Origin: a virus | DNA length: 64,000 nucleotides | Direction: 5' to 3' (one strand) | IMG/VR virus record: IMGVR_UViG_3300045988_129434 | In this document: positions 31,383 through 42,700 of the stretch, piece by piece | Layout: the number at the start of each line of letters is the position of its first letter | Numbering within the stretch: position 1 is the first letter of the stretch | Notes under the pieces: model-generated | What the model was told of the DNA's origin: nothing | Databases searched by the model: none | The model's input: the letters and a program-made list of their open reading frames with translations, nothing else | Position numbers and translations under genes: made by a program

Positions 31383-32081
31383 ATGAAGCTAAGATTAGTT
31401 AAAAATGGAGATTTCTTAGGTACAAAATGTGACTTCTATGTAGATGAAAGTAATAACATTTATATGAGTCGTACTCAAATTGGATATGCGTTGCAGTACA
31501 AAGACCCTGCCAATGCTATCAAGAATATTCATAACAAGAATAGAGATAGGTTCGATAAAATGTCAGTCATATTAACGGGTGCTCAGTTTGAACCCCCGTT
31601 AAAAAACAATAGATCTGCAAATAGAGTGTATATGTATATTGAGCAAGGAATATACGCAATGTGCGCAAGGTCAAGACAGCCTATTGCGGATGATTTTAAT
31701 GATTGGGTATCGGATGTAATTATTTCTATTCGCAAGAATGGATATTACATTGCTTCTGAAAAAGATGACAAGCGGCTGGGAATCCGCGAAGAAACGAAGA
31801 AAGTCCGTCGAATGGAAACGGACACTATCAAAAAATATGTGGAGTACGCAAAATCGCAGGGCAGCATTCATGCGGATATGTACTACCAGAATTTTACGAA
31901 GCTGGTTCAGAACTGTTTAGGAATCGAAGCCGGGACAAGAGATGATTTAGACCAGAAAACGCTTTTACGACTGAAATCGTTGGAAACTTTAATTGATATG
32001 CGACTGGAAAATTTATTAGAAACAGACATTCCCTATAAAGATATGTATGCAGATGTGAAAGAACTGATTCGAAGTATTTGA
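31383..32081 (+). CDS. Bro-N domain antirepressor-like protein
   Basis: FLGTKCDFYVDESNNIYMSRTQIGYAL..NAIKNIH.. typical Bro-N; AAGGAG RBS. Confidence 0.7.
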   Translation: MKLRLVKNGDFLGTKCDFYVDESNNIYMSRTQIGYALQYKDPANAIKNIHNKNRDRFDKMSVILTGAQFEPPLKNNRSANRVYMYIEQGIYAMCARSRQPIADDFNDWVSDVIISIRKNGYYIASEKDDKRLGIREETKKVRRMETDTIKKYVEYAKSQGSIHADMYYQNFTKLVQNCLGIEAGTRDDLDQKTLLRLKSLETLIDMRLENLLETDIPYKDMYADVKELIRSI

Positions 32082-32092
32082 TGGGAGGAACT

Positions 32093-32455
32093 ATGCAGAA
32101 TTGTAAAGTAAATATTTTGGGGACTGAATACAGGATTGAGAAACATAATGGGAACGATGATAAGGATTTAAAACCATCGAACAAAATGGGCTACTGCTTT
32201 TATGATGAACATTTAATCGTGTATACAGATTTAAGTACTGACGATGAATGGGGAAAAGAAACAGAAGCTGCTAGGGAGAGCAGAGAGAAAATAACAATTC
32301 GCCATGAAATATTCCACGCATTTTTATTTGAAAGCGGAATGGAACAATGCTCCAGCGAGACGGAGGCATGGGCAACAAACGAGGAAATGGTTGACTGGTT
32401 CGCCATCCAGTCCCCTAAAATATTTAAAGTATTTAAGGAATTGGATATTCTTTAA
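32093..32455 (+). CDS. small HExxH zinc-metallopeptidase-like protein (ImmA/IrrE-like)
   Basis: ITIRHEIFHAF; GGGAGG before ATG 32093. Confidence 0.6.
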   Translation: MQNCKVNILGTEYRIEKHNGNDDKDLKPSNKMGYCFYDEHLIVYTDLSTDDEWGKETEAARESREKITIRHEIFHAFLFESGMEQCSSETEAWATNEEMVDWFAIQSPKIFKVFKELDIL

Positions 32456-32533
32456 ATATATTTTAATAAAAAAACGGAAAGCATCACGGTTATTAAAATA
32501 ATCGTGAGTTTTCTTTGATAAGGTGGTGGTTTT

Positions 32534-32920
32534 ATGATTGATAGTTTTTACATATCGGGAGATTTGTGGCGTGTCCGTTTTACGAATCCGAGAAACCCTA
32601 TTCTGGTGGATAGAAGAAATGTGCTGACAATAGGAGTAACAGACCCGGAGACAATAACGATTTATCTGTCAAATAAATTAAGAGGGCAGCTTTTGAACCG
32701 AGTCCTTATTCATGAACTAGGCCATGCAACACTATACTCGACAGGCTTATTAGAGGAACTTCACAGAATGGTATATCCTGAATATTGGGTAGAAGCAGAG
32801 GAAGGGCTGTGCAATTTTCTTGCCGATTACGGATATCAGATTTTTGGAATAGCCTATTCAGTATTAGGAGCGCAAGCAATCCATGTTGTTCCTTATCACA
32901 TGGAAAGACTTGTTGCGTAG
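32534..32920 (+). CDS. small HExxH zinc-metallopeptidase-like protein (paralogous type)
   Basis: RVLIHELGHATLY. Confidence 0.6.
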   Translation: MIDSFYISGDLWRVRFTNPRNPILVDRRNVLTIGVTDPETITIYLSNKLRGQLLNRVLIHELGHATLYSTGLLEELHRMVYPEYWVEAEEGLCNFLADYGYQIFGIAYSVLGAQAIHVVPYHMERLVA

Positions 32921-32930
32921 GAGGTAGTGT

Positions 32931-33329
32931 ATGCAGAGAAACTCAGTGAGAGATCGGCAAAAAGTATGGTGGGTTACAATAGAAGAAATCCACGAGGGAA
33001 TAGATAATATCATAAAATATGGAAAGCCGGAAATGCTCAAACAAACAGTAAGCGCAACTAGCGGAACACCGGAGGAAATAGCGGCTGGGATTGTACCTAA
33101 CTATGACCGATATGTTACTCATTATAAATCTAAAAGTAAGCCTTTCAATCCAGTTGAGGGAATGGGGGTATTTGTTGATGTAGAGCCTGAGTTGGATGAG
33201 ACTGGAAATCTGGTTATGGAGGAAGATGGATATACGCCAGTTACGCCGCCAGATTATCGGCTGGTTGAGATTTTGGACACGAAAAAGGGAAGCGTGGCAA
33301 AGTACGGGATAAGCAAAATTTCAAATTAA
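32931..33329 (+). CDS. head-tail joining protein (head closure), putative
   Basis: 132 aa; position only. Confidence 0.4.
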   Translation: MQRNSVRDRQKVWWVTIEEIHEGIDNIIKYGKPEMLKQTVSATSGTPEEIAAGIVPNYDRYVTHYKSKSKPFNPVEGMGVFVDVEPELDETGNLVMEEDGYTPVTPPDYRLVEILDTKKGSVAKYGISKISN

Positions 33330-33339
33330 GGCAGGTATT

Positions 33340-33885
33340 ATGGCAAAGAAAACAATAAAGATTAATCTATTTGACGGCGGAAAATCATTACAACAGGCGA
33401 TTCGGCAGATAGAACAATATAAAAATGATTTGCCGAGAAAGTGTGAGGAGATTTGTAGGCGGTTATCGGAAATTGGACAGCAGACAGCTCTTGTGGCGAT
33501 CAATGAAGTACCGCAAGGAAAAGCGGTTACTCTGAAAATGGATATAGATTCCTCAAAGACAGGTTGCAAGGCTGTGTTAATAGCCACTGGAAAGAATGTG
33601 TCAAGTTCGGACGACAGAAGTTTTAATTTACTTTTGGCAATAGAATTTGGGGCCGGTATTCACTATAACAAATCATCATCTAATCCTAAGTCTAAAGATT
33701 TTAAGTTGGGCGTTGGTACTTTTCCAGATCAGACACACGCTTTCGATTCAAATGGTTGGTATTATTTGGGAGATGATGGAGAATGGCATCATTCCTATGG
33801 AGTCAAAGCAACTATGCCAATGTATAAGGCCGGAACCGAGATAAGGAAAAATATTGATAAGGTAGTGAGGGAGGTGTTCAAGTGA
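33340..33885 (+). CDS. neck/tail-completion protein, putative
   Basis: 181 aa; position only. Confidence 0.4.
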   Translation: MAKKTIKINLFDGGKSLQQAIRQIEQYKNDLPRKCEEICRRLSEIGQQTALVAINEVPQGKAVTLKMDIDSSKTGCKAVLIATGKNVSSSDDRSFNLLLAIEFGAGIHYNKSSSNPKSKDFKLGVGTFPDQTHAFDSNGWYYLGDDGEWHHSYGVKATMPMYKAGTEIRKNIDKVVREVFK

Positions 33886-34274
33886 CTATCCATGAAATGA
33901 TAAACACAATTTATTCTCGATGGACTGATGCGATAAAGGGTAAAGTAACGGGATATTCAATGGAAAATAGCACTACGGTTACAAAATTACCTTACGCAAC
34001 AATGTACTTCACAGGCGTTCCGGGTAGCGATTGGGATTTAAAGGGAGATGAGGCTGCGGTAACACCGACGGCACAGATTGATATTTACACAAAAGGGCAA
34101 AAAGCATTAACACAGGCTTATGAGATTGATGAATTATCTCATGCCTGCCTTACAAAAATTGGATTTAGGCGAAGTATGGGGCCGGAGCTGATTCAGTCCA
34201 CAGACCCGTCTATCAAACGTCTTACGAGTAGGTATACAAGAATTGTTGGCTATGGGGATTCTTTGGAAATATGA
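33882..34274 (+). CDS. tail-completion/tail-terminator-like protein, putative
   Basis: 130 aa; ATGA coupling; LPYATMYFTGVPG..AQIDIYTK pattern. Confidence 0.45.
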   Translation: MTIHEMINTIYSRWTDAIKGKVTGYSMENSTTVTKLPYATMYFTGVPGSDWDLKGDEAAVTPTAQIDIYTKGQKALTQAYEIDELSHACLTKIGFRRSMGPELIQSTDPSIKRLTSRYTRIVGYGDSLEI

Positions 34275-34358
34275 GTACCTACAAGGTTTAAATATGAATT
34301 ATAATATAAAATAGAAGAATTAAGAAAAGAGGAATCTTGGAAACAAGGTTCCTTTTTT
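34271..34358 (+). promoter_or_regulatory. late promoter-plus-terminator cassette, copy B
   Basis: ATGAGTACC(34271)-29 nt spacing-TATAAT(34300-34305); 10-bp hairpin AGGAATCTTG/CAAGGTTCCT plus T6 (34330-34358). Confidence 0.6.
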
Positions 34359-34379
34359 GCGTAGAAAGGAGGAACACAA

Positions 34380-34610
34380 GTGCAGATTAACGATAAAGTT
34401 TACAATATTTTGAAATATGTCGCCCAGATTGCGCTTCCTGCATTGGGGACATTGTATTTTGCCCTAGCTGGAATCTGGGGATTCCCTTATGGAGAAGAGA
34501 TCGTTGGAACTATTACGGCGGTTGATACTTTCCTGGGAGTTCTTTTGGGAATTAGTGCGGCGACGTACAGCAGAAAGAATCAGGCCATTGACAACAAAGA
34601 AACGAAATAG
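34380..34610 (+). CDS. holin (Dp-1-type family)
   Basis: 76 aa; VYNILKYVAQIALPALGTLYFALAGIWGFPYGEEIVGTITAVDTFLGVLLGIS; GTG start after AGGAGG. Confidence 0.7.
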   Translation: MQINDKVYNILKYVAQIALPALGTLYFALAGIWGFPYGEEIVGTITAVDTFLGVLLGISAATYSRKNQAIDNKETK

Positions 34611-34761
34611 AAAGGTTTGGTGATCCTAAATCTATCTCCCAGCATGAGGGTTAGAGTGCAACTGTTTAGAATTTTTGAATAGTTCAAATATTTAACTGAT
34701 TTTGAACTAACAATTTCATGGTTCAATATTTTGAGATTTTTTAGAATATGTAAGACAATGA

Positions 34762-34797
34762 ATAACCACTGTTCCTTATCGGGCGGTGGTTATTTTT
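34762..34797 (+). terminator. intrinsic terminator
   Basis: ATAACCAC/GTGGTTAT stem plus T5. Confidence 0.65.
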
Positions 34798-34853
34798 AAA
34801 CCTATCGAAATCGAGAGGATTAAACAAATAAACCAGAAAAGGAGATTGAGTTT

Positions 34854-35552
34854 ATGTTAGTAGAAATTGTTGGGAAAAGATATGAGGAAAAGTTAGTTAC
34901 AACAAGCCTGAGAATAGCAGAAACATTTACCTACTATGATGAAGAAAGCGGAAGGCAATATACAAGAGAACACAAAGCTGTTCTAAGAGCCATTCGCGAT
35001 TTAAAATGCAGCGAAAAATTTCGCGGTGAACATTATTCACCGTCAGAATACGTGGACGAAAGAGGGAAAAGGCAACCATGTATAATTATGGATAAAGACG
35101 GCTTTGTATTACTTGTTATGGGATTTACAGACCCGAAAGCAATGTTTTACAAGGAAAAATATATTGAAGCCTTTAATTCCATGGAGTCCGAACTCAAACG
35201 TATTTACACAGAACGACAGCAATGGCAGATTGAAAGAGATAAAGGCGTTGTAATTCGTCATATCTTAACCGATACAATTAAGATGAAAATATCCGACAGT
35301 CCACATAAGCGATTTGCTTATCCTAATTATACTAATTTGATTTATCGAACTTTGTTCGGGAAAACAGCAAAAGAATTAGAGGAAGAATTTGGGGTGAAAC
35401 CGAAAGAAAATTTAAGAGACTATTTTACTGGGGAATCATTATCCCAAGTTCAGGGCATGGAAATGCTTGTAAGTAGCCTTATAAACTGTGGCTGGGGCTA
35501 CAAAGAGATAAAAGAATTTATTGAAACAGAATCCAAGAAAATGATAGCTTAA
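34854..35552 (+). CDS. Rha-family phage regulatory protein
   Basis: VTTSLRIAETF..EHKAVLRAIRDL..FVLLVMGFT typical of Rha. Confidence 0.7.
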   Translation: MLVEIVGKRYEEKLVTTSLRIAETFTYYDEESGRQYTREHKAVLRAIRDLKCSEKFRGEHYSPSEYVDERGKRQPCIIMDKDGFVLLVMGFTDPKAMFYKEKYIEAFNSMESELKRIYTERQQWQIERDKGVVIRHILTDTIKMKISDSPHKRFAYPNYTNLIYRTLFGKTAKELEEEFGVKPKENLRDYFTGESLSQVQGMEMLVSSLINCGWGYKEIKEFIETESKKMIA

Positions 35553-35582
35553 TGCAAATTGTATTGAGCTATTTTTTTATTA

Positions 35583-35625
35583 CCGACTACCAGACAGGTA
35601 GTCGCTGACCGCATAAAGTTAGCGG
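35583..35625 (+). promoter_or_regulatory. conserved 5' leader RNA motif, copy 2 (before major tail gene)
   Basis: CGACTAC..GTAGTCG hairpin, CTGACC, CCGC..GCGG hairpin, RBS. Confidence 0.45.
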
Positions 35626-35640
35626 TAGAAAGGAGAAAAT

Positions 35641-36123
35641 ATGGCAGCACCAGGTGTTAGTACACTAGGCGTATTATTCGGTTATGGAGTAGAAACTGTG
35701 GCAGGAACAAAGCCAGAAAAATTTACATTATTGACAAGAATTAATCAGATCGGTGGAATTTCTATTGATGTTGAAACGATTGATGCCTCTGCACTGGAAG
35801 ATAAAGTAGAAAAAACAGTTGCTGGTCGAGGAAGTACAGGTGGAACATTCACGGTAACAGTAAATGTTACTGACGAAACATTAGAAGAGTGGGAAGCGTT
35901 AATCGAAGCATACAAAACAGGAAAAACAGGTGGAAAGTCCACGTGGTTTGAAACTTTTATTCCTACTTTGCAAAAAGCATTTTATGTTGTTGCAGAGCCA
36001 CCCACTACAATTCCGCAGCCTGAATTTGACCAAAATGGATTATTGGCAGTAGAAATGACGTTAACGATTAACGATTATAAGGGGCCTGACACACCGATTA
36101 AACCGACAGCGGGGGAATCATGA
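35641..36123 (+). CDS. major tail protein
   Basis: 160 aa; ..TLLTRINQIGGISIDVETIDASALEDKVEKTVAGRG..; position before chaperones and TMP. Confidence 0.75.
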   Translation: MAAPGVSTLGVLFGYGVETVAGTKPEKFTLLTRINQIGGISIDVETIDASALEDKVEKTVAGRGSTGGTFTVTVNVTDETLEEWEALIEAYKTGKTGGKSTWFETFIPTLQKAFYVVAEPPTTIPQPEFDQNGLLAVEMTLTINDYKGPDTPIKPTAGES

Positions 36124-36199
36124 GCTTCTCTCGTTTATCGCTTGACAAGAGAAGCAAGGATGATGAAAGCGAATTGATATTTTAAAGGGAGGATAACGC

Positions 36200-36673
36200 A
36201 TGTATAAAATTCTAACAATTGGTGGAGAAGATTATAAATTAGAGTACACGATAGAAGCGGCACTATATTCGGATTGTGTGGCGAAGTTATCTAAATTTCT
36301 AACGAATATGGGACAAGCAGAAAACGAAAAGGATATAGAGAAACTTTTAGATGGCGTTTCGAATATACCACAGACCGCATTGACAATTTTTTACGCTGGA
36401 CTCATGGAAGCACATGGAACTCACGCAGATGGAGATGGGAGAGTGCCAGATATCCAGACTGCAAAACGACTGTTAGCGCAATATGCAAAAGAACATGCTG
36501 AAGATGATATAGGAAACTTTTACGGTATCTTGGAGATATGTATTGAGCAAATGGGAGAAGACGATTTTTTCAAATTGGTGGGACTAGACAGGATTATAGC
36601 TGCCGGTCAGAAGAAAGTGAAAAAAGTGCCGAAAGTTCCACAAGATCATCTAAGAAAAGTTTCAGGTCAGTAA
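36200..36673 (+). CDS. tail assembly chaperone (gpG-like)
   Basis: 157 aa, acidic; directly upstream of the TMP. Confidence 0.7.
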   Translation: MYKILTIGGEDYKLEYTIEAALYSDCVAKLSKFLTNMGQAENEKDIEKLLDGVSNIPQTALTIFYAGLMEAHGTHADGDGRVPDIQTAKRLLAQYAKEHAEDDIGNFYGILEICIEQMGEDDFFKLVGLDRIIAAGQKKVKKVPKVPQDHLRKVSGQ

Positions 36674-36711
36674 TTCTTGAAGAATTATACCCACAAGCGA
36701 TTCGATGTGGA

Positions 36712-37026
36712 ATGACGAAGAAAACATTTTTTCATTCTACATTGAGGGAAGTTAAATTATACATTGATGCGTTTTACATGGAAAAGGATTATCAGAGTAA
36801 ATGCATAGAGCATCAGTCTTGGCTTACTGGTGCATATGTAATGAACGCGGTAGTTGCGGCTTTTAATAAAAAAGCAAAGTACCCAGAAAATCCTTTATTA
36901 GAAAACACTAAAACAATTAAAGAGATAGCGAAGAATAACAATAAATCAGAAGAAGAAATGAATCAGGAGTTACTTTACATGACATTAAGAGTAAGGCAGA
37001 CTAATGCCAGACTCGAGAAGAGATAG
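36712..37026 (+). CDS. tail assembly chaperone extension (gpT-like), probably expressed by -1 frameshift from 36200 ORF
   Basis: The -1 frame is open from 36547; A6 run GAAAAAAG at 36619-36626 lies in the overlap; no independent RBS. Confidence 0.5.
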   Translation: MTKKTFFHSTLREVKLYIDAFYMEKDYQSKCIEHQSWLTGAYVMNAVVAAFNKKAKYPENPLLENTKTIKEIAKNNNKSEEEMNQELLYMTLRVRQTNARLEKR

Positions 37027-37106
37027 GGCGGGGCAAGAACCCCGCCCTTTTGTTGGTTATCAACGAGATGATAATCATTAACCTCAAAAAATTAGGAGGT
37101 AGGTAT

Positions 37107-38606
37107 ATGGGAAGTGGAAACATTGATAATCTGGATATAAGAATATCCGCCGATGCAAACAAAGCGCAAAAATCACTGGAATCATTAGCGAGGACTTTAG
37201 ACAAAGTCAACAAGTCATTTAAAGGTATGAACACGGTGGCTGTGGGGAATTTTTCAAGAAATGTAAATACTCTTGCAAGTTCTCTCAGGGCTTTGAATGG
37301 TTTAAAAATATCAGTACCCAAAGTATCAGGATTGGCTAAGGAGATGGCAGCATTAAGTAAAGTGGATTTCGCTAAACTTAATGCCGGGATAGAACCAATA
37401 CGGAATATGGCCTCTGCTATTAAATCTATGGAGGGGATAGAAAATATCCAGGTTCCCAAAATAGATACAAAAAATTTAAGTTCTTTGGCGAATGCAGCAA
37501 AAAAATTTTCAGATATCAAAACAGAAAACATGCCGGAGGTTGCGGAAGGACTGAAAAAAATATCTGAATCCATGGAAGTGCTTTCGAAAATAACATTTAG
37601 TGATCGGAATTTAAACAATGTTATTAATGCACTAAATCGTTTGTTTAAAGCGGATTTTTCGAAATTCAATCCATCGGATTTTGATAAGATCACAAAGTCG
37701 ATTAGTGCGTTAAGCACGATGCCGGATGTGTCAAACAGCATTAATAGATTTGTAGCATCTTTGGCTAGGCTTTCTAATGCTGGAAATAAAATCACGGTAG
37801 TATCCGATAAATTACCGGAATTATCAAGAGCTCTTAGCAAAATGATTCGTGATATGTCAAAAGCCAGAAACATATCGAAATCAACGAATGAATTTGTTTC
37901 ATCAATCGCACGACTGGCGAATGCCGGTGACAAGGCCACAAAAACTTCTTTAGGGTTGGGAGTTCTTGCATACGAAACTTTGAATTTTTTCAATGTGATG
38001 AAAAACGCGCCGCGTATTAGCAGTAACACACTGCGCATGGTGGAAGCATTGTCCAGGTTGGCCAGTGCCGGGAATAGAGTTGGCTCGTCAACAAGCGGTG
38101 TACAAACTGCATTTAGTAAATTAACTAATCTGTCTACAAAAGCTGGAAATGTTGTAAAGAAATCCGTTTCTGCGATTGTAAATGCTTTTAAGCAGTTGGG
38201 AAATTCTAGTTCTTCTGTAAATAAGGCTACGTTAAGTTTGAAAAATTTATTATCCACAGCACTTCTTTATAGAGGGGCAACAGGACTTTATAATTGGGCC
38301 AAACAAGCTACCATGCTAGGTTCTAATATTACAGAAGTGGAGAACGTGGTTAATGTTGCGTTTGGTAGCATGGCAAATCAGGCTTATGAATTTGCTTCTA
38401 CAGCTACAGAACAATTTGGACTTTCGGAATTGGCTGCAAAACAATACTCGGGAACCATGATGTCTATGTTAAAAGCATCTGGTGTAGCAACAGATTCGGC
38501 AGCAGAAATGTCTACAACTTTGGCTGGATTAGCAGGCGATTTGGCATCATTTTATAATATTGACACAGATGCAGCATTTTACAAGATTCGTGCAGGAATA
38601 GCGGGT
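37107..38606 (+). CDS. tape measure protein, exon 1
   Basis: AGGAGG RBS; helical repeats; frame reads ..AAFYKIRAGIAG then enters intron sequence (stop 13 codons later). Confidence 0.7.
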
Positions 38607-39748
38607 AGACAATTTGCCCCTTGTCGCTGTAAGGCGGCATAGAAAATCGACCAAAATCGGTAAAAGCTAAATTGATAAAATGAAAAATATATCGGGTATT
38701 TATAAGATAACTAACAACGTTAATGGAAAATTTTATATTGGCTCATCGCAAAATATCTCTCGTAGATGGTATGACCACAAAAGGGAACTTCGCATACAGA
38801 AACACCATAATAAGTATCTACAACGTGCTTGGAATAAGTATGGAGAAGAAAATTTTTCTTTTGAGATAGTTGAAGAATGCAAAGTAGAGGAACTAAGTGA
38901 TCGAGAGCAATTATACATCGAAAAATATGTAAACAGTGATTTTTGCTATAATATTTCGATTGACACAATCGCTCCTATGCGTGGGAAAAAACATTCGGAA
39001 GAAGCGAAGCGAAAAATGTCAGAATCCAGAAAGGGATTAATGGTAGGACCGAAAAATCATATGTATGGAAAGCATTTATCAGATGAAGAGAAGAAAAAGC
39101 TTTCCTTGGCTTTTTCGGGAGAGAAAAATCCTATGTATGGAAAACATTTATCCGATGAGTCTAAAAGAAAAATATCGGAGGCTCATAAAGGAACGAAATG
39201 TCCAGAATATTTAAAAAGAAGATATAGACTTGAAATGCTTGGGAGCGGTAATCCGTTTTACGGAAAACATCACAGTAAAAAGTCTTTAGAGTTAATGAGC
39301 AAGAATAGAACGGGGCTTTTAAAAGGAGCAGATAGTCCTGTTAGTAGAAAAGTTGTTAGAATATCCGAGAATACCAATGAAATCAAAATATATGATACGG
39401 TAACAGAAGCTGCAAAAAGCAATAATGCTCAAAGGTCACACATAGCACTTGTGTGCAGGGGAGAAAGAAAACATGCAGGCGGATACCGGTGGATGTATTT
39501 TGAAGATTATCAACATGCTAATACCGAGGTAAGCGATCAGATTGCGAAAGGCTGATTGCCACCGTAACGCGTAGGAGTTGAAAAAATATAATACTCCCAA
39601 GAGTGGTTGACAACCATAATAGGTAAATATACGAGATATTTTATTTTATGGTTGAAAATGTACGCTGAACCGGGGATGAAGCAACATCCCGTAATGCGAG
39701 GAAACTCCCGGAAGCATCGGATAAAAAGCCGGTGCGGTAACATAATTG
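38607..39748 (+). mobile_element. group I intron (putative) carrying a GIY-YIG homing endonuclease
   Basis: 5' splice site after U38606 with a G-U pair to GCCC (38616-38619); last nt G39748; splicing restores ..RAGIAG|EIEPLRQLGVDM..; downstream part has no start codon or RBS. Confidence 0.6.
38680..39555 (+). CDS. GIY-YIG homing endonuclease (I-TevI-like, NUMOD3 repeats)
   Basis: [23 protein letters not shown]; three xxYGKHxSxExKxKxS repeats; C-terminal DNA-binding region. Confidence 0.85.
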   Translation: MKNISGIYKITNNVNGKFYIGSSQNISRRWYDHKRELRIQKHHNKYLQRAWNKYGEENFSFEIVEECKVEELSDREQLYIEKYVNSDFCYNISIDTIAPMRGKKHSEEAKRKMSESRKGLMVGPKNHMYGKHLSDEEKKKLSLAFSGEKNPMYGKHLSDESKRKISEAHKGTKCPEYLKRRYRLEMLGSGNPFYGKHHSKKSLELMSKNRTGLLKGADSPVSRKVVRISENTNEIKIYDTVTEAAKSNNAQRSHIALVCRGERKHAGGYRWMYFEDYQHANTEVSDQIAKG

Positions 39749-42700
39749 GAAATCGAACCTTTGCGGCAGCTTGGCGTAGATATGACTGTGGCATCCTTGG
39801 AGGCATATGCTTTAGCAAATGGAATCACAAAATCGTATATGTCCATGTCGCAAGCTGAGAAGGTAATGCTGCGGTACAATTATTTAATGTCTGTTACATC
39901 TGACCAACAAGGAGACTGGGCCAGGACTTCACAAAGCTTTGCAAACCAATTCCGATTATTAAAACTGAACTTTCAATCTTTATCAGCAACCATGGGACAA
40001 GGTTTCATAGCTGTAATATTGCCGGTTATACAAGGCTTAAATGCGCTCTTGGCCAAACTCCAAGAGGTAGCAAAAGCGTTTCGGAATTTTCTCTATGTTT
40101 TGACAGGATATGAATCACCTGGCGGCCAGTCTGGTATTGTAAATGATCTTGCAGGCGTTGGGGATGCATCTGTTGGACTTGATGATCTTGCAGGCGCGGG
40201 AGAGGATGCTTCATCTGGTTTAGACGATGCGACAGAAAGCGCCCAGGATTTAAAGAAAGCATTATCAGTTTTATCGTTTGATGAATTGAATCAGTTATCG
40301 TCGATTGATACCTCTTCGCTGGATTCCAGCGTTGGGGATTTAGGGGATATTAGCGACGGTATTAACAATAGCTTAGGAAATGGCGAACTGGTTCCGAGTG
40401 ATATTTTCAAGGATACCCCGGTAGAAAAATATATTTCTGAGTTAGCCGAAAGAATGAGAAAGGCAGCCGAAAAAGAGGACTGGGAAGAACTTGGAAAGAT
40501 CATTGCAGGGGAAATTAACAAAGGACTGAAGAAGATTTACGATGTTATTAATTGGAATAACGTCGGACCTAAGATAACCGCATTTGTAACAGCTTTTACC
40601 AGAACTTTTAATAGCCTAGTTGATAATATTGACTGGAATTTAATGGGGAGAACCATTGGGGCCGGAGTCAATACAATCGTAAATACCTTGAATCTTCTTA
40701 TTGGGGATGGAGGAATTGATTTTACCAATATTGGGACAAAGATTGCCACAGGGTTACGTGGCGCAATCAAAGAAATAGACTGGGGGAACCTGGGTAATCT
40801 TTTAGGAAATTACTTTATGATTTCTTGGGACATGCTTTCTGGATTTGTGCAGGAGATGTCTAAGGAAGACGGAGCAGGTATTACGGGCTGGGATGAGTTA
40901 GGGACTTCATTAGGAGAAGCTGTCAATGGTATATTCGAGAAGATTGATTTTGGCGAAATTGGAACTACTTTAGTAACCGGAATTAACGGAGCATTTTCAA
41001 CCCTTAAAAGTTTTACGGATGAAGTAGAATGGGACGATCTCGCTACAAATATATCTACAGGAATAAATAATGCCATTCATAATTTCAACTGGCCTGAGAA
41101 TGGACAAGCGTTAAATCAGTTTATTGGCGACTTCCTGGGAGCTTTGCTTCAAATAGCACAAGATACAGATTGGGAAGAGTTAGGAAGGGGCATTGGGGAA
41201 TTTCTAGGAGAGATCGACTGGCTTAAACACTTAGGAACGGTTATATCCATAATTGTAGAAACTTTAGGGGGACTATTTGATGGATTAGAAGAATCTGGAA
41301 TGGCTGGGAAAATAGCAGCGTTTCTAGGAAAAGCTTTTATTGCGGTAAAAATAGCGAATATAACAGGAATAGGAAGTCTTATCGGAAAAATAGTTTCCCT
41401 TATGGGAACACGGTTTATGTCCAGGAGTTCTACAGGGAGCTTAGGGCAAAGTATAGGAACATTTATTAATAGAGCTTTTTCTATTGGTGGGTCTTTAGCA
41501 AAAGCCGGAGGCGCGGCTTTAGCAGTTGATTTATTTGGAAAATTGAAGGATGTTATTTCTGGAACCAGAAAAGAAACAATAGAAGCCACTACTGCTTTTA
41601 CAGTCATAGAAAGAGCATTATCTAAATTTGTAGAAAGCGGAGACATTACATTAGACCAATTCTATAAATTAGCTAATGGTGTGAATGATATTAATAATGG
41701 GACAAAAACTTTTGATGATGTTTTGACCGAAGTGAATTCTACATTAGAAGAAGCAGGGGTTTCTTCAGAAGAATTTCAAAATGCAATTTATGAAGCAACA
41801 GAGCAAACAGGAATTAATGTTGATAAATTGTCTAATAAAGTGATAGCAGCAATGGAATCAGCAGGATATTCTTTTACTGAAACAAGCGATAAGGTTAGCG
41901 AGAATTCTATCAAAATTGGAAATAATATTATAAATGCGGCGAGCGAAATAGATAAGGCAAAAGGTATTTGGATTCAGGGACTCAATGGATGGGAACAGGT
42001 AACTGGGGAAAAAGCTCTTGGCATTTATGCTGGAATTCAATCAGGCTTATATCCTGAGAACGGACAAGGATATTATGATTTAGGAAATGGCGTACTTGCA
42101 AGTTTTGGAAATGGTATTACAGAAGGAACAGAGAATTTCAAAACCACGTTAGATACCACATTGCTCCAAGCGTTAAGAGACAAGCTTCCTGAAGGCTATA
42201 CGTTGGGATATGATAATGGAAAATTCACTGTTCAGCAATATGAAGCTGGAATTAACGAAGGGGCACTCACATTAGGGGAAACCTTAAACAACGCTACTAT
42301 CGCAAAGATCAACAGCATTCTTCCCCAAGGAAGTATTCTTACATATCAAAATGGACAGTGGACAATACAACAGTATGCTTCGGGCATGAGTCAAAATGGC
42401 GAAGGTACGGACTTGGCGATTAGTGCTGCTACCATAGACAAAATTAGCGCTATTTTACCAGAGGGAGTTACAATCGCATACAATAACGGAACACAAACGA
42501 TCGATGGATATAAGAGTGGACTGAATGATACTGGGGATACAGTTTTTGATTCATTAAAAAGAGTGTTCTTGGATGGAATAAATTTAGATGAAGAATTGAA
42601 GGAAAAATATTCCGGTTATGCAGCTTTGTCTGTAAAAGGATATAACGAAAAAATAGAAGAGTTAAAATCTGAAACTGAAAACCAAATGGAAGATTTAGCT

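Noticed and set aside
32093-32920. The two HExxH proteins as the missing prohead maturation protease
   Set aside because: They lie outside the portal-scaffold-capsid block, are only about 120 aa, and resemble ImmA/IrrE-type regulators. The lambda-like D/E capsid module does not require this type of protease.
37001-38257. 418-aa ORF on the minus strand
   Set aside because: It lies entirely antisense to the tape-measure gene, and its leucine/serine/phenylalanine-rich sequence looks like a mirror of the TMP codon repeats. It has no RBS and runs against the operon polarity.
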